A DNA stretch of 10,391 nucleotides from Chlamydiia bacterium (GCA_044359535.1 JBIKLZ010000034.1:1-10391); one strand, 5' to 3'; positions 1 through 7,203 are shown, counted from the first letter of the stretch. The notes: a model not told the origin generated them from the letters alone. A program made the numbers and translations.

Positions 1-111
1 AACCACTTCCTTTTTTCTACAAGGGAGTTTTTTTTCTTCTCTATCAACGGTATAGAGACATTTATCAAAGTAAGTAGGGTGACAAATCCGAATTTCTTCT
101 GGTGTATACAT
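1..111 (-). CDS. 5' portion of a hypothetical protein running off the window start (not in ORF track)
   Basis: ATG at 111-109 preceded by AGAAAGGAAG (SD-like, about 7 nt upstream). Open for 37 codons to base 1: MYTPEEIRICHPTYFDKCLYTVDREEKKLPCRKKEVV. Divergent from the hydrolase gene. Confidence 0.6.
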   Translation of the reverse strand, partial: MYTPEEIRICHPTYFDKCLYTVDREEKKLPCRKKEVV

Positions 112-170
112 AAGATAACTTCCTTTCTAAATTTCTACATACAAAAAAATGAAATAAGAAGCAAACCCTA

Positions 171-198
171 TTGTAAGAAAAGCTCTTCTACATATAAT
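171..198 (+). promoter_or_regulatory. sigma70/sigma66-type promoter for the hydrolase gene
   Basis: TTGTAA (171-176), 16-nt spacer, perfect TATAAT (193-198). ATG at 205. Confidence 0.6.
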
Positions 199-204
199 GA
201 GGGT

Positions 205-1173
205 ATGAAGAAAAAGATAGACTTTAAACCATTATTAAAAAGTCCCTACTATCAAACTGTGATAGCCAACTATTTTGATTTTGCAAAAGAACCTCCATCG
301 ACAACTCATTATGTCCAATTAGATGATGGGGATGTTCTCCCTTTAGAAGTTTCTACACCCAAAAATTGGACCCCTGAAAAGGGAAGTGTTGCCCTTTTGC
401 ATGGGCTATGTGGAAGTAGTAAATCCACCTATGTGAAAAGGGTTGCCACAAGAGCTTATAATAAAGGACGGCAAACGATTCGATTGAATATGAGGGGATG
501 TGGAATAGGAAAAAGTTTGGCTCAAAATATTTACCATGCAGGCAGCAGCAGTGATATGGAAAAAGCTTTATTAGATATAAAAAAACATTTTCCAAAGACA
601 AAAATCGTTTTAGTAGGCTTTTCTCTTGGGGCTCATCAAACGGTGAAGTTAGCTGGTGAACTGGGAAAGAAAAATTCAAATCTTTTGGTCGGCGCCTATG
701 CAGTTTCCCCTCCAATTAATCTATTAACAAGTGCGCACCGCTTTTCTTTACCAAAAAATAGGGTCTATTCAGACTATTTTTCTAAAAAACTTTATGATCA
801 TATCGACTCTTTACATAAGCTATTTCCAGATCTCCCTCCCCATAACATTTCACCAAACACCTCTATTAACGATATTGACGAGCTCTATATTGCAAAAAGG
901 GCCAATTTTTCTTCAGCAATTGATTATTACAAAGAGTGCAGCAGTAAAAAGCTTGTTCAGGATATAAAAATCCCCATGAAAATTTTACTTGCTGAAGATG
1001 ATCCCATTATCGCCCCAGATGAATTTGATGATTTAGAACTCCCTGATAATGTTGATGTTTTAAAAACAGTGTATGGAGGGCATATTGGCTTTATAGGAAA
1101 AAATATTTTTAAAGATTTTAGATGGATGGACAATCTTATTGAGGAATGGATTGAAAATATATTTAATAATTGA
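205..1173 (+). CDS. YheT/ABHD-like alpha/beta-fold hydrolase (esterase/lipase)
   Basis: HGLCGSS oxyanion region, NMRGCG, YHAG, nucleophile elbow GFSLG, DDPII (Asp), GGHIGF (His). Start moved from GTG 79 to ATG 205 (MKKKIDFKP): the extension would overlap the divergent gene and the promoter. Confidence 0.9.
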   Translation: MKKKIDFKPLLKSPYYQTVIANYFDFAKEPPSTTHYVQLDDGDVLPLEVSTPKNWTPEKGSVALLHGLCGSSKSTYVKRVATRAYNKGRQTIRLNMRGCGIGKSLAQNIYHAGSSSDMEKALLDIKKHFPKTKIVLVGFSLGAHQTVKLAGELGKKNSNLLVGAYAVSPPINLLTSAHRFSLPKNRVYSDYFSKKLYDHIDSLHKLFPDLPPHNISPNTSINDIDELYIAKRANFSSAIDYYKECSSKKLVQDIKIPMKILLAEDDPIIAPDEFDDLELPDNVDVLKTVYGGHIGFIGKNIFKDFRWMDNLIEEWIENIFNN

Positions 1174-1205
1174 TACGTTTTATTTTTACATTGAATAGGT
1201 ACGAT

Positions 1206-2195
1206 GTGCGATTTTTTCTTTTACTAGCTCTTCCATTAGCCTTCTTTGCCGATACAGGGGTAGATTCAGATTTAAAAAAAATAAAAGCTCAGGAACGAAA
1301 AAGGGGGGATAAATATATCCCGAAAGGGCCATGGCTTACAGGTCCACTTCTTACAACTTCAGCGCACACAGTACCTAAGGGGCACTTTAACTTTGAACCT
1401 TATGTCTATTTTATTGAAGATTTAGGCTATTTTGGATCTAGGGGACATTTTCATCGAGCAGAGGCCACTCATGACGCCATTAACTCTGTTGAAATCTGTC
1501 AATTAGGATTAACAGATCGGGTCGATATAAATATTTACCCTCAATTTACCTATAGTTACGGAACGGGAAAAAGTTATATAGGGATGGGGGATATTATCAT
1601 TGGACCCAGCTTTCAAATTATTAGAGATGATGAAAGGTGGTATGGAACTACTTTTAAAGTGGGTTTAAATCAAGTCTTTCCTTCAGCAAGCTATGATAAC
1701 TTAGACCCTTCTTTTTCTGGAAATGATGGCATCGGAAATGGGGGCTACAGCACAAAAGTCTATGCTGTTGGATCAAAACTATTTCACATCTATAAAGAAA
1801 ATTTTTTTGCAACACGTGTTGCTTACTCAATGATATTTTTTCAACCTTTTAAAGTTCATGGAATCAACTATTTTGGGGGGGCTGAGGATACACGGGGAAC
1901 TTTATTTCGAGGGGCCTCATTTATTTTAGATATTGGTCTAGAGCTTACTTTAAACCTAAATTGGGCATTGGCACTAGATATAGAAAATTTATACATGACA
2001 GGCTCAACTTTTAAAGGGACCTCTTCACAAGTTGTAGGAAATTCTAAACCCAGCTATATGCTTTCATTTGCCCCCGCTATTGAATACAACTTTAGTAAAA
2101 ATGTGGGATTTATTTTTGGTGCATGGGTCAGTGCTTATGGATCAAACGCCAATGGGATATATAACCTTGTAATGGCATTAAACTGGTATATTTAA
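1206..2195 (+). CDS. Predicted outer-membrane beta-barrel protein, resembling the MetA-phenol/SphA (COG4313) 'transporter' family
   Basis: In-frame GTG at 1206 with AGGT 5 nt upstream gives a signal peptide (MRFFLLLALPLAFFA). GPWLTGPLL..HFNFEPY N-terminal motif. Alternating aromatic/hydrophobic strands (FAPAIEYNF, VGFIFGAW). C-terminal MALNWYI strand. Family call is from recall. Confidence 0.65.
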   Translation: MRFFLLLALPLAFFADTGVDSDLKKIKAQERKRGDKYIPKGPWLTGPLLTTSAHTVPKGHFNFEPYVYFIEDLGYFGSRGHFHRAEATHDAINSVEICQLGLTDRVDINIYPQFTYSYGTGKSYIGMGDIIIGPSFQIIRDDERWYGTTFKVGLNQVFPSASYDNLDPSFSGNDGIGNGGYSTKVYAVGSKLFHIYKENFFATRVAYSMIFFQPFKVHGINYFGGAEDTRGTLFRGASFILDIGLELTLNLNWALALDIENLYMTGSTFKGTSSQVVGNSKPSYMLSFAPAIEYNFSKNVGFIFGAWVSAYGSNANGIYNLVMALNWYI

Positions 2196-2200
2196 TCTTT

Positions 2201-2232
2201 TATACATTTAAAAACCGAGTTTTAAATGTATA
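2201..2232. terminator. Probable bidirectional terminator hairpin between convergent genes
   Basis: Perfect 13-bp inverted repeat TATACATTTAAAA (2201-2213) / TTTTAAATGTATA (2220-2232) with a 6-nt loop, in the 43-bp gap between two stop codons. The stem is AT-rich. Confidence 0.65.
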
Positions 2233-2238
2233 GGGCTT

Positions 2239-3372
2239 TTAAGCCGCTTTAAGCTTCATGATACTTTTTGAAAATCTTTTCCACTCTTTCCAATCTTTGC
2301 GGAAGGATTTCTTTAATTCTTTAAGCTCCATGGATAACTTTTTAACCGATTCAGGCATTTTTAACGCATCATTTTTAGCTTCTTTCAACTCTTTAATAAG
2401 AGATTGAAGATGTGAAAGCTTTTCTGATAAAGAATCAGTAAATTTATGAACCTTTTCTTCTACAACTTCTTTTTTATCGATAATAGAGTGTTTAATTTTG
2501 TCGATAAGGGCCTCTTTATGCTCTTTAAGCATGAGAGATAAAATTCTTGTTTCTTGGGATCTTCTAAGATTTCTAGCAAGACCTAATTTACTAAGGGTCC
2601 AAATTAGCCATTTTGTTGGATCAAAATGGTACCACTTGATCCCATTTCTATAGTCATTGGCAAAGGTGTGATGGTAGTTATGGTAGCCCTCACCAAAGGT
2701 TAGAAAGCATAAAATATAGTTATCCACAGCAGTGTGTTCTGTAGAGTAATTTTGATGACCCCAATAGTGAGCTAAAGAGTTGATGAACCATGTTGTATGA
2801 TGAGATAAAAACTGTCTAAAGACCCAACTTAATATAAAGGCTCCAAATAAATCCCCTGTTGCAAGCCATACAAGAGCTGTGGTAAATAGATTTACCCCAA
2901 CCATTAACCATACGTAGTATTTATGCTGAAAGGCAATAAGTGGGTTTCTCCTTAAATCTGCTGTGATTTGGGTCTTGTCCATTGGACTTTCATTTTTAAA
3001 CATCCATAAAATATGCGCATGCCAAAAACCTTTCGTCACAGAGTAGGGGTCGTTTTCTGTATCAATGTGGGCATGGTGAATCCGATGGTCATGAGACCAA
3101 CGAAGGGCGCTTCCTTGCGTTGCAAGGGTCCCGAAAAAGAGCATGATAGCCTCTATAAAACGATTTGTTTTATAGGTGGAGTGAGAAAATAAGCGATGGT
3201 AACCCGCTGTTATAGCAAGCCCTGAAGCTATAAATAAACCTACTGTCAACCCTATAAGGAGCTTAGATGGGCTAAAGTAAATGAAATAAAGGGGCAAGAG
3301 GGTTAGAAGGAGAATATGGTAGCCTAGGATGAAAAGAAAACTTGGCCAATTAATATTTTTAAGTTTTTTCAT
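2239..3372 (-). CDS. Delta-9-type (OLE1/DesA-like) membrane fatty acid desaturase
   Basis: Three His boxes: GYHRLFSH, HRIHH, GEGYHNYHH. Also DPYS, GFWHAHILW, INSLAH, DPTKWLI. Four hydrophobic segments. SD AAAAGGAG 5 nt before ATG. Charged helical C-terminal tail. Confidence 0.95.
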   Translation of the reverse strand: MKKLKNINWPSFLFILGYHILLLTLLPLYFIYFSPSKLLIGLTVGLFIASGLAITAGYHRLFSHSTYKTNRFIEAIMLFFGTLATQGSALRWSHDHRIHHAHIDTENDPYSVTKGFWHAHILWMFKNESPMDKTQITADLRRNPLIAFQHKYYVWLMVGVNLFTTALVWLATGDLFGAFILSWVFRQFLSHHTTWFINSLAHYWGHQNYSTEHTAVDNYILCFLTFGEGYHNYHHTFANDYRNGIKWYHFDPTKWLIWTLSKLGLARNLRRSQETRILSLMLKEHKEALIDKIKHSIIDKKEVVEEKVHKFTDSLSEKLSHLQSLIKELKEAKNDALKMPESVKKLSMELKELKKSFRKDWKEWKRFSKSIMKLKAA

Positions 3373-3394
3373 AGAAACTCCTTTTTTGTATAAA

Positions 3395-3423
3395 AGTATA
3401 GTTTAACATTAATAAAGATTTAA
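3395..3423 (-). promoter_or_regulatory. Possible desaturase promoter
   Basis: TTAAAT (3423-3418)-17 nt-TATACT (3400-3395). Alternative: extended -10 TGnTAAACT (3408-3400). Confidence 0.35.
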
Positions 3424-3446
3424 AAGCTAGCCTAACGGTCTATTTT

Positions 3447-3474
3447 ACTCCAGAAAGGAGTCGGTAGCCCCTTT
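3447..3474 (-). terminator. Hairpin directly after the NTT stop codon (possible terminator/attenuator)
   Basis: Minus-strand AAAGGGG (3474-3468) can pair with CTCCTTT (3460-3454), 7-nt loop. The U-tract is poor and alternative pairings exist (see findings). Confidence 0.4.
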
Positions 3475-3476
3475 TT

Positions 3477-4979
3477 CTATGCAAGGGCTTGATTAGGGTT
3501 TGTTGTTTTCTTAGAAAACTCTTTGCTTAAGTGATTTACTGAATAAATCCAAGCAACTGTTGTAAGAACAACTATTGGAACAAGGAGATTTGAAATCGAC
3601 AGAATTGAGCCTGATCCAAAAAGATCTAAAAATATAATTTGAATCCAAGAGGCTCCTGATTTGCCTAACCTTGATCCCACAACCTCTATAGCTGCTTTTC
3701 CCCCTACTTTCTGCTCCGGAGAAAGGGGGATATAGGCCATTTCTTTTGTAGGGTCAAAAAAGGCATATTTTGCCACTTTACTAGAAATATTTTGAAAAGC
3801 ACCCAAAAACACAATAAGTGCTAGGGGTGTTAATCCTAAAAGGGAGGTAAAACCTGAAAGATGATCTTTAAACATTAAGGCTAAAAAGAATAAAATTCCT
3901 GTTCCCCCTACAAGGGTAGGGGAGATTAGCGCGCTAAACCTCCAACCACATCTTCGAATAATATTTGTCCCAAAAAACATTGATATGAAAAAGGCAATAA
4001 ATCCAACTGAAGAGGTCACTTTACTTGTAAACACTTGAAAATCTGCAGCGCTTGGATAAAGAAGTTTTACGTTTGCTTTCCAACTCACCTCAATTAAAGT
4101 CATGCATAGGCCATAACCTATCACTAAAATGGTAATAGACAGAAGGTATGGCGACTTTGCGATTAATTTAAAACCCTCTAAAAGGCTTACTTTCTTTTTA
4201 ATTTTTGATTCTGATTTTTTATTTTGTATAGGAAGGTGATCAATCACATTTTTATTGACCCACCAATAGATCCACATAATAAGAAGTCCAATACAAATTG
4301 TTATACTTAAAAGGGTTTGTACTGTGAAAATATAGGGAAAAACATTCAATTTTTTTATAAGAAAGCAGACAATAGGTCCAGTAGAAAAGGCAGCGACATC
4401 GCCTGCTGCAATGTAGATGTTATACGATCTTTTTGCCTCAGAAACAGTAGTGACGTCGTTTGCAAAACTCCAAAACATCAATAGAATAACAACAGCTCCC
4501 CAAAGCTCTGCTGTAAGGAAAAGGAGGGAGTGGATCCAATTTCTATAAATAGCAATCCAATGGCTGTATTTACTTCCAAGCATTTTTAAAAGCCAATCTG
4601 AAGAGGCAGTTGGGGTAAAAAATTGCTCGTTTGGATATAAAATAAATCCGTATAAAAAAATAGCGGCTAAAAAGCCGCTAAGAACGGTGTAAAATAGGGT
4701 CTTTTTCTTAAGGACGTGACTTAATTTAGAGTATACAATGGCCATAATAAAGGCCGCAGGAAGGACAATCCATCCTTTAAGAACAGGGATAACCTCTGCT
4801 CCAGAGCCATTTGCAGTAACTACTAATCCCTCTTTAAGATTGGTAAGGATACAATATGCAAGAGATATTAAAAACTTTATTAATACAAGTGGAAGGAGTT
4901 TTTTAATTTCAGATCGATGAAAGGGCCAAAGGCGTCTGCGCCACTTACTAAAATCTTGTGTTACATCCACTTCTTCCAT
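3477..4979 (-). CDS. NTT/Npt (TLC, ATP:ADP antiporter family) nucleotide transporter
   Basis: About 12 hydrophobic segments. Family motifs GAEVIPVLKGW, AELWG, FAND..EAKR, IEVSWK, KYAFFDPTKEMAYIPL, GKAAIEVVGSRLGKSG. SD AAGGA before ATG. Confidence 0.95.
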   Translation of the reverse strand: MEEVDVTQDFSKWRRRLWPFHRSEIKKLLPLVLIKFLISLAYCILTNLKEGLVVTANGSGAEVIPVLKGWIVLPAAFIMAIVYSKLSHVLKKKTLFYTVLSGFLAAIFLYGFILYPNEQFFTPTASSDWLLKMLGSKYSHWIAIYRNWIHSLLFLTAELWGAVVILLMFWSFANDVTTVSEAKRSYNIYIAAGDVAAFSTGPIVCFLIKKLNVFPYIFTVQTLLSITICIGLLIMWIYWWVNKNVIDHLPIQNKKSESKIKKKVSLLEGFKLIAKSPYLLSITILVIGYGLCMTLIEVSWKANVKLLYPSAADFQVFTSKVTSSVGFIAFFISMFFGTNIIRRCGWRFSALISPTLVGGTGILFFLALMFKDHLSGFTSLLGLTPLALIVFLGAFQNISSKVAKYAFFDPTKEMAYIPLSPEQKVGGKAAIEVVGSRLGKSGASWIQIIFLDLFGSGSILSISNLLVPIVVLTTVAWIYSVNHLSKEFSKKTTNPNQALA

Positions 4980-5021
4980 GTTTCCTTATTGTTAAAGATT
5001 CATCCGCTCAAAATTCTTTAA

Positions 5022-5050
5022 ATTGTACCCATTTATAGAGTTTTTAGCAA
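5022..5050 (-). promoter_or_regulatory. sigma70-type promoter for the NTT gene
   Basis: TTGCTA (5050-5045)-17 nt-TACAAT (5027-5022) in the adk-NTT gap. Confidence 0.65.
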
Positions 5051-5055
5051 ACATT

Positions 5056-5682
5056 TTAATGAATAAGGATCTTTTTCATCGAATCAAATATTTCTTCTAT
5101 TGTTTTAGTGCTTCCTGAGTCTAAATTATAAAGAACTCCTTGTAATTTATAATAATTAATTACAGGAGTGGTGAATTTATGATAGGTCTCTAAACGTTTT
5201 TTTATCACCTCTTCTGAATCATCATTTCGGTGTATTAAATCCCCCTGGCAACTATCACAGCGCAGCTCTTTTAAAGGAGCTTTGTTTTTTTTGTGATAGA
5301 CCTCTCCACAGGAAGAACAAGTAAGTCTTCCTGTAATGCGATCAACGAGTTCCTTTTCATCAATATGGAAGTAAATCACCTTAAAACTATGGGGGGGTAA
5401 AATAGAAGAGAGGTTTTCAGCTTGTTCAATAGTTCTAGGATAGCCATCTAAAATCCATCCATTTTCTCCACACATCTCTAACTTTGATTTAACAATTTCT
5501 AGCATCATTGCATCTGGAATTAATTTTCCTGAATTGATGATCTCTTTTTGCTCTTGAGTTAAATGCGGGTTGTGTCTTAAAAGATCCCCAGTGCTAATGT
5601 GATCAAGAGCAAACTCTTTAGCAAATTTGATGGCTTGAGTCCCTTTTCCAGAGCCTGGAGGGCCGATTAAAATGATACGCAT
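5056..5682 (-). CDS. adk: Adenylate kinase with zinc-binding LID
   Basis: P-loop GPPGSGKGTQA, HISTGDLLR, WILDGYPRT, LID CSSC-x16-CDSC, RNDD..KRL. Start placed at ATG 5682 (GGAG 5 nt upstream) rather than 5694. Confidence 0.95.
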   Translation of the reverse strand: MRIILIGPPGSGKGTQAIKFAKEFALDHISTGDLLRHNPHLTQEQKEIINSGKLIPDAMMLEIVKSKLEMCGENGWILDGYPRTIEQAENLSSILPPHSFKVIYFHIDEKELVDRITGRLTCSSCGEVYHKKNKAPLKELRCDSCQGDLIHRNDDSEEVIKKRLETYHKFTTPVINYYKLQGVLYNLDSGSTKTIEEIFDSMKKILIH

Positions 5683-5706
5683 AGTTTCTCCCATATAAAG
5701 TTAAAG

Positions 5707-5735
5707 ATTTTACCCTCTGAATCTTTGTTATGCAA
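5707..5735 (-). promoter_or_regulatory. sigma70-type promoter for adk
   Basis: TTGCAT (5735-5730)-17 nt-TAAAAT (5712-5707). The -35 overlaps the end of the upstream kinase-like gene. Confidence 0.65.
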
Positions 5736-7203
5736 GACTAAATAGCATGGCTGAAGCCACAGCCTGTTTCCAACTTTTAATCATCGCAATTTTATCCTTT
5801 TCTTCCATTGCTGGTGTAAATTCTCTTTCAAAAGAAAAAAGCCCTTCAAGCTCTGTTTCATCTTTCCATACTCCCAAAGTAAGTCCAGCAAGATATGCAG
5901 CACCGAGAATAGAAAGATGGGGGTCTTGTACTTTTACAAATGTTGAGCCACTAATGTTTGAAAGAATTTGAAGAAAAAAAACATTTTCTGTCATCCCTCC
6001 AGAACAAGAGATTTTTGTCTCTTGCGAAAGAAACGATCTTTGAAAGAGTTCAAGGAGGTCATTTATTAAGAAGGCAAGCCCTTCCAAAGTGGCTCGACAA
6101 ATATGACCAATATTGGTGTCAGGGGATAAACCTAAAAGAGTCCCTTTTATTTTTTCAATGGGGTGAGGTGAAGTAAAACCTGTAATAGCAGGGACAAAAT
6201 AAACCCCCCCAGAATCGTTTACACTATAAGCCAATCCTTCAATCTCTAGAGGGGATCGAAGGATCCCTAAGTGTGTTTCTAACCACTTGATAACAGAGCC
6301 TGTCGATGGAATCATCCCCTCTAAGATATAGGTGGGTTCTTTATCTTTTAAATAGAGACCTAGTGTGTTTGTCAAAAAAGGGCTCTTTTTTATAGGGGAG
6401 TTTCCATTGTTCAAAAGAAGATAGGCTGAAGATCCAGCAAGAAGGTGACAATCCCCTTTTTTAGTACAAGAGGCTGCAAACATCGCCGCAGTTGTATCAC
6501 TTACCATCGAACAAATGGGGATTTTCACCCCAAAATACTCAGAGTCAACAGTTCCATAAATGTGGTTAGAGCTATAAATCTTGGGAAGCATAGATCTATT
6601 TAACCCAAAAAGAGAAATCAGTTCATCATCCCATCTTTTTTCATGAATGTTAAAAAGAAGAGATTTAGAAACTAAAGACATATCTGAAGCAAACAATTGC
6701 CCCTTGGTAAGGTTCCATAAAATCCAAGTGCTTAAACCTCCAAAAAGACAATCCTCATAAATCACATTGGGGGCATGATCTAATATCCAGCGAACCTTTG
6801 TGGCAGGTCCATAACAAGATAGCTCGACCCCTGTTTTTTCATAAATAACAGACTCATAGCCTTTTAATCGATCACAAATAGATTGAGTGCGACTATCGTT
6901 TTTGACTATTGCGTTCCAAAGGGGTTTTTTTGTTATTTTATCCCAAACCACCACAGTATCTCTTGCCCCGCAAACCCCTAAGCATAGAAGCTTTTTTTTA
7001 TCAATTTCAGAATCGCTAAGAATGTCTTCAATAAGCTGTTGTGTTGCTTCAAAAACTTTACAAGGATTTAATTCAATCTCATTGTGATGAGGATAAATCA
7101 GTTCCAGTGCTTTTTGAGAGCTATATATAACCCTTCCTTCTGTATCAATAAGGGCCCCTTTCAGATTAAAGTCACTAATTTCCAAAGATAATATATATTT
7201 CAT
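5728..7203 (-). CDS. Glycerol kinase (GlpK)-like FGGY-family protein with degenerate catalytic motifs
   Basis: Colinear with GlpK over 491 aa: TVVVWDK..PLWNAIV, TKVRWILD, FNIHEKRWD, YILEG, GGVYFVPAITG, HICRATLEG, LGAAYLAGL..GVW. Several ATP- and glycerol-binding motifs are altered. Confidence 0.85.
   Translation of the reverse strand: MKYILSLEISDFNLKGALIDTEGRVIYSSQKALELIYPHHNEIELNPCKVFEATQQLIEDILSDSEIDKKKLLCLGVCGARDTVVVWDKITKKPLWNAIVKNDSRTQSICDRLKGYESVIYEKTGVELSCYGPATKVRWILDHAPNVIYEDCLFGGLSTWILWNLTKGQLFASDMSLVSKSLLFNIHEKRWDDELISLFGLNRSMLPKIYSSNHIYGTVDSEYFGVKIPICSMVSDTTAAMFAASCTKKGDCHLLAGSSAYLLLNNGNSPIKKSPFLTNTLGLYLKDKEPTYILEGMIPSTGSVIKWLETHLGILRSPLEIEGLAYSVNDSGGVYFVPAITGFTSPHPIEKIKGTLLGLSPDTNIGHICRATLEGLAFLINDLLELFQRSFLSQETKISCSGGMTENVFFLQILSNISGSTFVKVQDPHLSILGAAYLAGLTLGVWKDETELEGLFSFEREFTPAMEEKDKIAMIKSWKQAVASAMLFSLA

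Noticed and set aside
5..35. Terminator-like hairpin ACTTCCTT/AAGGGAGT plus T-tract, and an initial 'ACCA' resembling a tRNA 3' end
   Set aside because: It lies inside the probable minus-strand CDS (Lys/Glu codons explain the T-runs). No upstream sequence is available to support a tRNA or a plus-strand gene.
79..204. N-terminal 42-aa extension of the hydrolase in the ORF track
   Set aside because: It overlaps the divergent gene start and a clear promoter. Family-like sequence begins at ATG 205.
353..715. 120-aa minus-strand ORF
   Set aside because: Antisense shadow of the hydrolase with no recognisable motifs.
731..967. 78-aa alternative-frame ORF
   Set aside because: Nested out of frame in the hydrolase, with no SD or motif.
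4738..4920. 60-aa plus-strand ORF
   Set aside because: Antisense shadow of the NTT gene.
5747..7087. Three short plus-strand ORFs (5747-5971, 5958-6176, 6887-7087)
   Set aside because: Antisense shadows of the GlpK-like gene with no independent coding signal.
5728..7203. Calling the GlpK-like gene a pseudogene
   Set aside because: No frameshift, internal stop or truncation, and the structural motifs are retained.
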